From an archaeon GW2011_AR10 (GTDB lineage Archaea; Iainarchaeota; Iainarchaeia; Iainarchaeales; GW2011-AR10): a DNA stretch of 32,000 bases. Within the stretch, counting starts at the first letter, position 1. The number at the start of each line of letters is the position of its first letter. The notes below the pieces were generated by a model. It was not told where the DNA came from. It saw only the letters and a program-made list of their open reading frames with translations, and searched no databases. The stretch is taken from NCBI GenBank assembly GCA_000830275.1, contig CP010424.1:960001-992000 (forward strand). The letters run 5' to 3'. Below are positions 16,116 to 23,359 of this stretch, piece by piece. The position numbers and the translations under genes were made by a program.

Positions 16116-16784
16116 CTACTTCACTATTTCAAGCAAATCCAGTATGTCCTTAAGCTCGAAATCTGCTTGGATTCCTTCTGATTCAAAAACCTGGCCATAC
16201 CTCGCAAGCGCGGTTTTCATGCCAACCGCTTTTGCGCCGGCAATGTCCCTTTTAGGATTATCGCCGACAAAAAGAATTTCCTTAGGCTTAAAACCAAGCT
16301 TTTTCACTGCAGCCGCAAAAGGCATTCTATGTGGCTTTAGCTTTCCAGTGTCATCCAAGGTAACAACAACATCAAAAAAATCAAGCAAATTCATTTCAGC
16401 CAAGCGGACCCAGCCCTTCAAGCCAGGGGCATCACTTACAATGCCAAGCTTAAGCCCGCGTTCTTTCAGCCTCACCATTGTTTGCCTTACGTGCGGGAAC
16501 GGCTCCAAGAAACCAGCTTGAACTTTTCTGTAAGCAGCAATTCCCTTCGCCAAAATGCGGTAATCAACCTTGCCCAAATGCTTTTCCAAAAATTTCTGGA
16601 ATATTTCCTGGTGCTCTATGCCGTGCACTGAATAAAGCTCGAACAGCTTTTCATAAGCCTCTCCTTTTTCCATGAGCAGGCCCCCATCAATCATCGCAGC
16701 AATAGCGGCTTCACAGCTCATTCGCTTCATTTTCATGAAGTCAATCAGCGTGTTGTCCAAATCAAAAAGCACTGCCTTAACCAT
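16116..16784 (-). CDS. HAD-superfamily hydrolase, subfamily IA
   Basis: Motif I FDLDNTL, motif II IVSDA, motif IV VGDNPKRD. The track ORF was trimmed to MVKAVLFDLDN. Confidence 0.8.
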   Translation of the reverse strand: MVKAVLFDLDNTLIDFMKMKRMSCEAAIAAMIDGGLLMEKGEAYEKLFELYSVHGIEHQEIFQKFLEKHLGKVDYRILAKGIAAYRKVQAGFLEPFPHVRQTMVRLKERGLKLGIVSDAPGLKGWVRLAEMNLLDFFDVVVTLDDTGKLKPHRMPFAAAVKKLGFKPKEILFVGDNPKRDIAGAKAVGMKTALARYGQVFESEGIQADFELKDILDLLEIVK

Positions 16785-16944
16785 ACAAATTATTCTGTTA
16801 AAAACGAATATAATAGCGTGCACACAAATTCAATCACACCAAAATCAAAGATTGCCAACTAAGTGCCCAAAACCAAGGATTGCAAACCAAGTCCTGCCTG
16901 CAAGAAAATTTTTATACTCCCTCAGCGTAATATTTGGAGTTAAA

Positions 16945-17178
16945 ATGGCTGCAGAAGTAAAGAACATGTTTGCAAAAGCAACTTTTTTCTTTATAGTGGG
17001 AGTGATTCTTGCTTCGCTCTTTGTGTGGAGCATGATTAACGGGATTCTTTTGCATTTAAGCCATGACTTCCATATAGCGTTCGCATACTACTTTATTGCT
17101 TGGGTCAGCGGGGTCGCAGCCTTAACCCTTTATTGGCAGTCCAAAAACCTGTTCCACTACGCTGAAATATCAAAATAG
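16945..17178 (+). CDS. small membrane protein (2 TM), hypothetical
   Basis: ATG at 16945 is preceded by GGAGT. The upstream part of track ORF 16672..17178 is antisense to the HAD gene and is rejected. Confidence 0.5.
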   Translation: MAAEVKNMFAKATFFFIVGVILASLFVWSMINGILLHLSHDFHIAFAYYFIAWVSGVAALTLYWQSKNLFHYAEISK

Positions 17179-17219
17179 AAAAAATAAAGAAAAACGGCAG
17201 GACCCCCAAAAATAAAAAG

Positions 17220-17411
17220 TCAGGCTTTGGCCTTGGTTTTTTTCGTTTCTTTGAAGGACTCATTAAATTCTTCTATTTCTTCATCACCTAAGCCCAACTG
17301 CCTCAGTTTGTTGTCATGCTCAGAGAGGCTCATTTTTTCAAACTCTTTTCTCCAAGCCTTCATGTCAGGCGTGTCAGGCAACAGACGGCCTTCCCCGAGC
17401 TTTTTTCTCAT
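17220..17411 (-). CDS. small hypothetical protein
   Basis: Track ORF trimmed to MRKKLGEG. ATTATAAATT lies about 25 nt upstream, fitting a leaderless promoter. Confidence 0.4.
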   Translation of the reverse strand: MRKKLGEGRLLPDTPDMKAWRKEFEKMSLSEHDNKLRQLGLGDEEIEEFNESFKETKKTKAKA

Positions 17412-17448
17412 ACAACAAAAGATAAAGAAAAAGAATTTATAATCTTTC

Positions 17449-17508
17449 CACACACCAAGCCTGAAAAAAATTTATAAACTTTACACACCCAGCCTGAAAA
17501 CAAATTTA
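17449..17508. repeat. direct repeat, two units of about 26 bp with about 34-bp period
   Basis: CACACACCAAGCCTGAAAAAAATTTA (17449-17474) versus ACACACCCAGCCTGAAAACAAATTTA (17483-17508). Confidence 0.7.
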
Positions 17509-17720
17509 ATCCTAAAATATGACTAAAATATGAGTTTGATTGTTTTAATCTGCAGTTTAGCCCTATAGCAAACACCAAATTAATGATCAAAAATCAAAAC
17601 TGTTTGCTAGCTGCAAAATGCAATTTTCATTCAAATAAATAAGCATTTTGCTATAAAAGCAAACGTTCTTAGCCCTGAAAAGATTTTTTAACCCAGAAAA
17701 CATAATCATTTGGGTGTATT

Positions 17721-18578
17721 ATGGATAAAGTAACTGGCGCCAGGCCGGCATTGAACCCTGCTGTGGAAAAGCTGAAGCAAGAACTGCTTATTGCAGGCTA
17801 CTCTGCCAAAACAATTAAAATGTATGCCTTTTATGCCCAGAGCTTTTTGGATTTTGCCAATAAACCAGCTGGAGAAATAACTCGGGAAGACATTGTGGGT
17901 TACCTGGTGAAAATGAAGCAAGGAAGGAACGTTTCTAACGCCACTCTTTCATTGATTCATTCTTCACTAAAATTCCTGTTCAACAACTATTTGCATAAAA
18001 AAATTGTTGACGACATCAAGGTCGCAAAAAAAGCAAAGAAGCTGCCAGTAATACTGTCAAAAGATGAGGTGAAATCGCTGATTAGAGCGGTTAGGCCGGG
18101 AAGAAACCGCTTAATAGTTGAGTTCCTTTACTCAAGCGGTTGCAGGGTAAGCGAAGCCGTAAAACTGAAAACAGAGCACATTAACTTAAAGGAAGGAACA
18201 GGAAGAGTTGCTGGGGGCAAAGGAAACAAGGACCGCATGATTATTCTCTCAAAAGAATGGATTAAGGATATTAACAAATACTTGAAAAAAAAGAGAGTTC
18301 AAAGCCAGTTTGTATTCTCAAAGAAAAATGGGAAACCACTCTCAACCGATACTGTTCAAAGAATAATTAGGGCTGCAACACAAAAAGCAGGAATTGGCAA
18401 GCAGGTTACGCCCCACTCACTGAGGCACGCTTATGCAACACATTTGCTTGAGGCTGGAGAAAACATTCGAAAAATCCAAGAATTGCTGGGCCACAGCAGC
18501 CTTAGCACAACCCAAATCTACACAAAAGTCTCAACAGAGGAACTAAAAAAAGTGGTTTCCCCGCTGGACAAGCTATAA
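17721..18578 (+). CDS. xerA: tyrosine recombinase, XerA/XerCD-like
   Basis: An N-terminal SAM-like core-binding domain plus a catalytic domain: SGCRVSEAVKL (Arg I), HSLRHAYATHLL (HxxR), LLGHSSLSTTQIYTKV (catalytic Tyr). Confidence 0.85.
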   Translation: MDKVTGARPALNPAVEKLKQELLIAGYSAKTIKMYAFYAQSFLDFANKPAGEITREDIVGYLVKMKQGRNVSNATLSLIHSSLKFLFNNYLHKKIVDDIKVAKKAKKLPVILSKDEVKSLIRAVRPGRNRLIVEFLYSSGCRVSEAVKLKTEHINLKEGTGRVAGGKGNKDRMIILSKEWIKDINKYLKKKRVQSQFVFSKKNGKPLSTDTVQRIIRAATQKAGIGKQVTPHSLRHAYATHLLEAGENIRKIQELLGHSSLSTTQIYTKVSTEELKKVVSPLDKL

Positions 18579-18676
18579 TGTGGTTTGGCGGCATCGTTGC
18601 GCTGCCAGCCACAAAACAAAGGAGTTGCTTGAATTTACCCCCACCACTACTTTGCTACTTTATTCAGCTACCTTAA

Positions 18677-18692
18677 CCCCACACTTCCACTA
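18677..18692. repeat. 16-bp inverted-repeat copy (CCCCACACTTCCACTA); partner at 19478-19493
   Basis: Exact reverse complement of TAGTGGAAGTGTGGGG at 19478-19493. A related GGAAGTGTGGAGGT occurs at 4077-4090. Confidence 0.75.
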
Positions 18693-19035
18693 ATCTACAA
18701 GTCTCGCACAATCCCATACAACCCTAATAAGAGAATGTGGGCTCCGCCATATGGCTCTACAAATAACAAAGACCTTTCATAGGCATTCGCCAAAAAGCAA
18801 ACAACAATAATTTGCCAAAAAGTCTACAATAGTGTTATGTATATATGCGCTTTTCTGTGTTTTTGCCTAAAAACAGAAAAAACCCAAAAAAAACAATTAT
18901 GTATATTAGTGGTTTTTTGTGCTAGGCGGGTGAATTCAGGCACGTTTGCTTCAATGAAAGATTTATATATTATGTTGCACATAATAAATACAAATAAATT
19001 CATTATAACTTCCAATCAAATGTGAGGTATTGACA

Positions 19036-19368
19036 ATGGTAACCAGATTATCAAAACTTTTTGGGATGGATATCTACACTGCCTCTGGAGATTACAAGGG
19101 GAGGGTGTTTGATTTAGTAATTAACCTAGAGAGGGGAAAAATTGAGACAATAACGACCGAGCCTTTAAAGCCCAGGTCAAAGCAAGAAGCTAAGAAGATT
19201 CTAAGCGAAAAAAGCATCCCTTACCGGAATGTTGTCGCCGCGAAGGACATTGTTGTTGTGGGGGCGAAGAACATGCCGGTTAGAGATAGAGAAAGAGAAG
19301 AGGAAGAAAGGTCAGCAGCCCCATTAACTAGGCGTTACACAGCCCATCACGCAAGCCACAGGCGTTAA
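19036..19368 (+). CDS. PRC-barrel domain protein
   Basis: LSKLFGMDIYTASGDYKGRVFDLVINLERGKI fits the PRC-barrel pattern. ATG at 19036 is preceded by GTGAGGT 8 nt upstream. The C-terminal tail carries the 22-nt shared segment. Confidence 0.7.
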   Translation: MVTRLSKLFGMDIYTASGDYKGRVFDLVINLERGKIETITTEPLKPRSKQEAKKILSEKSIPYRNVVAAKDIVVVGAKNMPVRDREREEEERSAAPLTRRYTAHHASHRR

Positions 19369-19436
19369 TACACAGTACACGCCTGATTTTCCAACCATCT
19401 TCAGCTTTTTGGAGTAACGACTTGATTTAAATTAAT

Positions 19437-19459
19437 TTATGTATCTACAGTATACATAA
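19437..19459. promoter_or_regulatory. 23-bp palindromic site TTATGTATCTACAGTATACATAA
   Basis: The first 13 nt are identical to the site at 3431-3453, with the same TACATAA right half. It lies about 40 nt upstream of the 19498 ORF. Confidence 0.45.
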
Positions 19460-19477
19460 GCAGCAGTCTCTGCTTAA

Positions 19478-19493
19478 ATCCTATTAATAGTGG
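19478..19493. repeat. 16-bp inverted-repeat copy (TAGTGGAAGTGTGGGG)
   Basis: See 18677-18692. It abuts or overlaps the putative GTG start of 19498..20109. Confidence 0.75.
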
Positions 19494-19497
19494 AAGT

Positions 19498-20109
19498 GTG
19501 GGGGTAGCAGTGGTCTTAAGAGGTTACTTCATTCAATACAAGTTTATTGTTCCAGAGTCAATTAAACACTCTTCATATACATACCAAAAACTGTTTCGTG
19601 CCCTTTACGGCTACACCCAAAACGTTACTAAATCCAATGGCAAATCCTACAAATACCATCGTAGGGGGGTTCTTTCAAGTACCCCCTATATCCGACCGGG
19701 CAAGAATTGCGTTATAATCCCCCCAGGCACCTTTAACCCATTAATCGACTTCTTTAAAACAGGCAAGAACCCAAGCCACTATTGGCAGGGAAAGGGCGAC
19801 TGGAAGGCAGTCTATTATATGGATGAAAAAAACTTAACAGAGGATGATGTAAGGGCAGCTCTTGAAGAGCAACTTGACCGCACATATATCGTGACTAACA
19901 CAGGCGAACACAAGAGACTAATAGAGGAAATAGCCATTTTCACTCAGAAGGTAAAAGAGGTTGGGAGAACAGATAAACAAGCTGCAGCAGTTCTCCTATC
20001 AGATGTAGAGAAGGTAGTTCAGTCCCCCTGGTTTAAGGAACTCCCAAAATCCTCCAAAAAACTCAGTGAGTTCTACGCAAACTACCGCCAGCTGAAGGCC
20101 TTACTTTAA
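19498..20109 (+). CDS. hypothetical protein
   Basis: Track ORF of 203 aa with a GTG start of uncertain position. The N-terminal about 100 aa suggest an alpha/beta fold, and the C-terminus is helical. The stop overlaps the stop of the convergent 20106..20915 gene (TTAA). Confidence 0.5.
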   Translation: MGVAVVLRGYFIQYKFIVPESIKHSSYTYQKLFRALYGYTQNVTKSNGKSYKYHRRGVLSSTPYIRPGKNCVIIPPGTFNPLIDFFKTGKNPSHYWQGKGDWKAVYYMDEKNLTEDDVRAALEEQLDRTYIVTNTGEHKRLIEEIAIFTQKVKEVGRTDKQAAAVLLSDVEKVVQSPWFKELPKSSKKLSEFYANYRQLKALL

Positions 20110-20915
20110 TCCAATCTGCCTTGCACCAGTCTTTCAATCAGCTGCCTTTTTACTCCTTGTGGAGCCGGATACTTTCCAACCATTCTTGTGAAGAAGAGTT
20201 CTTTCATTCTCCGAGCTTCGGGCATTCTTCTTGGGTATGTTAGTTCTATCCCCCTCCAAGCGTCTACCAAATACACGTAGTCGTTGCGAAATGCTTTCCT
20301 TATGCTTCTCTCATCACTCCAGTCAACTTTTCTTGTCCTGGAAAGCTTGAAGTCAATCACTGCTACCCTTGACTTCACAGGAATGAAGTTGTTGAAGTGT
20401 GGGTGCCCCTGAAGTATGCCAATGCTGTGAATTGCCCCGATGCTTCGTGCGGCCGATGAAAGAAGTTTCCTTAACTGCTTCATATAACCAGTATTTATTT
20501 TCCCTGCCTCTAATCTTCGCAGATAGCTTCCTAGAGTGTTCCTTTTCCTTATGAACTGTTCGGGATTCAACTCATTGTTCCCGATTTTCCTGAATGTATA
20601 GTAAGTCACGTTCCCCTCCTTAGAGTAGCCGATGAAATCAGGCACAAGCACCCCTGCTTGGGACACCTTGGACACAACTGATTTGACTACTTCTGGGTCT
20701 TTTATGAACCGGTGTAAAACATTGCCGAATGGCCACAGTCCGGTATCCACTGAATCGAGTTCAACTCTTGACACAAAAACAGGCCTTTTACCAATAACCC
20801 CCTTATAACCCGTATCCCCCACTAAGGTATAATTTTTCTTTAATGCGGCATCCGTAATGCCAAGTTCACGGGCTTTTGCTGCCTTATCTCTTCGCTTGGT
20901 TTTCATGGGCTTCAT
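20106..20915 (-). CDS. protein-kinase-like fold protein (Kdo/WaaP/RIO-like) with divergent catalytic loop
   Basis: AIHSIGILQGHPHFNNFIP...VAVIDFKLS aligns with the kinase catalytic loop (lH..Gi.HgDlh..N) and the IDF metal-binding motif. HGD is replaced by QGH. Confidence 0.5.
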   Translation of the reverse strand: MKPMKTKRRDKAAKARELGITDAALKKNYTLVGDTGYKGVIGKRPVFVSRVELDSVDTGLWPFGNVLHRFIKDPEVVKSVVSKVSQAGVLVPDFIGYSKEGNVTYYTFRKIGNNELNPEQFIRKRNTLGSYLRRLEAGKINTGYMKQLRKLLSSAARSIGAIHSIGILQGHPHFNNFIPVKSRVAVIDFKLSRTRKVDWSDERSIRKAFRNDYVYLVDAWRGIELTYPRRMPEARRMKELFFTRMVGKYPAPQGVKRQLIERLVQGRLD

Positions 20916-20964
20916 TAGTATAAGTAAAAGGACTCAGATTATATTAAAGTTTTTATAAAATTAG

Positions 20965-21402
20965 TTATGTAGATGTATTAGGTGTTTGTTTCTTTTTTTC
21001 TCTAGCGGCAACTGTTTCTTTTGTTTGCTCCGGTAGCTTTTCAATTTTTATTATGAGGTCTTTCTTTCTCCACCTCATTTTACCCCCAAAGTTCGCGGCC
21101 TCCAACAGGTTTGTGTCAACCAATGTTTTGATGTAAGGGTACAGGCTCCTCTCATTCTTATACTCAACCTTGAAAATCTCCCGTATCCTCCTAAGTATTT
21201 CATCCATAGGCACCCACTCCTCAAACCCAACAACGCTTGTAATGTGGTATGCCTGGCTGTGCTCCCTAAATTTCAAGTAATCCCAAAGGCTGTGTACTTC
21301 CTCTACAACGTCTTCTCGGTGATAAATAGTTCCTAACTCTTGCTTAACAGCTGAAGTGCCAAAAAAACTTTTTATTTTTGCTATTATTGCCTTAAAGACC
21401 AT
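20965..21402 (-). CDS. hypothetical protein with possible C-terminal winged-helix
   Basis: Track ORF of 145 aa. SLYPYIKTLVDTNLLEAANFGGKMRWRKK resembles a winged-helix recognition helix plus wing. ATTATATAT lies about 25-30 nt upstream of the ATG. Confidence 0.5.
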   Translation of the reverse strand: MVFKAIIAKIKSFFGTSAVKQELGTIYHREDVVEEVHSLWDYLKFREHSQAYHITSVVGFEEWVPMDEILRRIREIFKVEYKNERSLYPYIKTLVDTNLLEAANFGGKMRWRKKDLIIKIEKLPEQTKETVAAREKKKQTPNTST

Positions 21403-21582
21403 AAATATAGTATTTACTATACTGATATATAATTGTTACTGTAAGGCTGTAAAATTATAGTAATTACTATGTTTGTAGGTATGGTTAAAACGTGCTAAAA
21501 AATGAGTGTTTTTAGTGGTGGTTTGTACTGGCTATTAGTTGTTGTTTTACAATATTCAAGACTAGTGAGGGTTAGGTAATTA

Positions 21583-21613
21583 CTGGTTTTAGAGCAAACG
21601 CTTGTTTTTTGGG
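21583..21613. repeat. 31-bp perfect inverted-repeat copy B
   Basis: CTGGTTTTAGAGCAAACGCTTGTTTTTTGGG is the reverse complement of 14451-14481. Confidence 0.85.
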
Positions 21614-21848
21614 GTAGTTGGCTGTAAGTGAGTTGTAGTAAGCAGTACAATCCATTTTCAAGTTGCAGTTTGGCTGCATTATTTTGGTTAGTGAGTGGAT
21701 GGGCTGGTCTTTTTTTACTGCCTAAGTAGCTTCTTTACTGCTGCTTGTCTTTTTAGATGGCCTTTTTTAGGTTTCTTTCTTGCTCAAGCTATGTTTGAGA
21801 AATAGTGAGTTGGGCTTATTTGGGTATTTGCGGGCTTAAAAACAATAA

Positions 21849-21978
21849 TAGCGGGAGAAGGATTTGAACCTTCGACCTTCGGGTTTCCCAACAATGTCTG
21901 CTTTTGCAATTAATAGCCAACGTTCTTTCTTTCAAGCCCTATGAGCCCGACGGGCACTCCTGGCTGCCCCATCCCGCT
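21849..21978 (-). tRNA. initiator tRNA-Met (CAU) with a 55-nt intron at 37/38
   Basis: Minus strand: AGCGGGA-TG-GGGC-AGCCAGGAGT-GCCC-G-TCGGG-CTCATA|intron|A-CCCGA-AGGTC-GAAGG-TTCAAAT-CCTTC-TCCCGCT-A. It has the A1:U72 pair and three G:C pairs at the base of the anticodon stem, both archaeal initiator hallmarks. BHB: helix CTCA/TGGG, bulges TA|G and AA|A. The intron spans about 21885-21939. Confidence 0.85.
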
Positions 21979-22182
21979 GTCAAAATTTAAGTGTTATCCC
22001 AATTATCTGCTTGGAAAACCTTTTAAATGGTTGTTTTACGTGTTTTTAAGGGTTTTTTTTGTTCTTTTTATCTATGCTATCTAAATTTGCTTTAATTTTT
22101 TATATAAAGCAATTTTTTGCCTTTATTCTAAAAATAAATTTACCTGGTTTTGTTTTATTGTTTGTCCTACAAAACGTGTTTT

Positions 22183-22722
22183 TTAGCAGTGTTTTGTCAA
22201 CTCATCCATCTCATTTTTCATGAAAACTATCTTTTTTCGCATATCTTTAAGGGTTTTCTGGTTGTCTGTTGCTTCTAAGCTGTTGCCGCATCCAGGGCAT
22301 TTGAACTGGTATTCCGCTGCTATTTCGAATGGAAAATTGTTGCATTTTGTCTTGCATGTGAAGAAAGCATAATTTGTCTCAAACTCCATCTTGGTTTCAG
22401 CTCTTTGTATCTCTTCAAGCTGTTTTTCAAGTAGAAGTGCTGCAATGCGCGCAGTGCTTATCTGCCATGTGTAAGAGTACCATCCTGTTTTGTTGTTCCT
22501 GGTTTTCTGATAGGTTGCAATGCCCCTATAATGCAGCCTATTGAGGATTGTCCTTACCTCGGTTATTTTCAAAGGCAGCTTTTTTTCTATTTCATCATCA
22601 GTTATTGCTTTTTTCTTTTTTTCACAGATTTTAACTAGCTCAACAGCGTACTTGCCGCCAATATTCATCAGGAATTCCTTTGTTATTAAAAGGTCGACAA
22701 TGTTTTGTTTTCTCCCACCCAT
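22183..22722 (-). CDS. tfe: transcription factor E (TFE alpha, TFIIE-alpha homolog)
   Basis: Winged helix (ITDDEIEKKLPLKITEVRTILNRLHYRGI) plus zinc ribbon (FTCKTKC...FKCPGCG). Trimmed to the ATG at 22722 (MGGRKQ) to avoid overlap with trm56. Confidence 0.85.
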   Translation of the reverse strand: MGGRKQNIVDLLITKEFLMNIGGKYAVELVKICEKKKKAITDDEIEKKLPLKITEVRTILNRLHYRGIATYQKTRNNKTGWYSYTWQISTARIAALLLEKQLEEIQRAETKMEFETNYAFFTCKTKCNNFPFEIAAEYQFKCPGCGNSLEATDNQKTLKDMRKKIVFMKNEMDELTKHC

Positions 22723-22765
22723 ACTATCCTTCCATTTAAAATGTCTTAAAAAACTAATTAATTTT

Positions 22766-23308
22766 TCATGCCTTTCGGCTAATTTTCTTTCCATTCGCGC
22801 TAGGTTCAATCAAGTACTTTGCGTTCCTAAACACCTTCCCAAGTTCCTTTCCCTCAAAGTACCTATCCAAAAAAACCGCTAAAGCAGCAATTTCTGAGTG
22901 CGGCTGCTGTGTTATTGCAATGTTTAAGTCAGCCTCCTTGTATACCAGTGCTTCAACCTTCTGAGAACCAATAACGAAAAGCACTTTGTTTTTCTTTCGT
23001 ATCCTTGAAATTTCTTTTTCAATTGGAATCCCGTACATTGTGGCGTGCACCACGTAGAAACCCTGCTTTTTGTGCTCTTCCACTGTTTTTTTCCAGCTTT
23101 CAGTGAACTCAACAGAGAAGGCTCCGCCCCAGTGTCTTTTGATTCCTTCAATTGTTTTTTCAATGCTGTCATCCTTTTCCCCGTGGATGACTATTTTTTC
23201 TGCGCCGAATGCCCTTGCAACCAGGCAACAGTGGCTTGTAACCCTGTAATCCCTTACATGCCTGTGCCCGTAGCGCAGCACTACTACATCTTTTCCCATA
23301 ACGTTCAC
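22766..23308 (-). CDS. trm56: tRNA (cytidine56-2'-O)-methyltransferase aTrm56 (SPOUT)
   Basis: VVVLRYGHRHVRDYRVTSH...ARAFGA...RHWGG.F...TMYG...QPHSEIAALAVFLDR closely follows the archaeal Trm56 pattern as recalled from Pyrococcus PH0461. Confidence 0.85.
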   Translation of the reverse strand: MNVMGKDVVVLRYGHRHVRDYRVTSHCCLVARAFGAEKIVIHGEKDDSIEKTIEGIKRHWGGAFSVEFTESWKKTVEEHKKQGFYVVHATMYGIPIEKEISRIRKKNKVLFVIGSQKVEALVYKEADLNIAITQQPHSEIAALAVFLDRYFEGKELGKVFRNAKYLIEPSANGKKISRKA

Positions 23309-23359
23309 TTGTTAGCTAATATTATTAACTTTGTCGGAAACAAATAGAATAGTGGGAAA

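Noticed and set aside
16672-16944. N-terminal extensions proposed by the ORF track: 16672..17178, 11287..12048, 29842..30318, 22183..22809, 6273..7529 and 7536..7889.
   Set aside because: The extensions overlap neighbouring genes or run antisense to them, and they have non-protein-like sequence. Internal ATGs with SD-like or TATA-like context give products that begin at the conserved domains.
21583-21613. GTTTTAGAGC... inside the 31-bp repeat resembles the start of some Cas9 CRISPR repeats, raising the idea of a CRISPR array or tracrRNA.
   Set aside because: Only two full copies exist. They are 7 kb apart in inverted orientation, with no regular repeat-spacer periodicity and no cas genes in the window.
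21849-21870. Search for an att-type direct repeat of the tRNA-iMet 3' end that would delimit an integrated element.
   Set aside because: Only a 9-nt match (ATTTGAACC at about 14189, inside the M24 peptidase gene) was seen by eye. That is compatible with chance, so the integrated-element idea is kept only as a low-confidence hypothesis.
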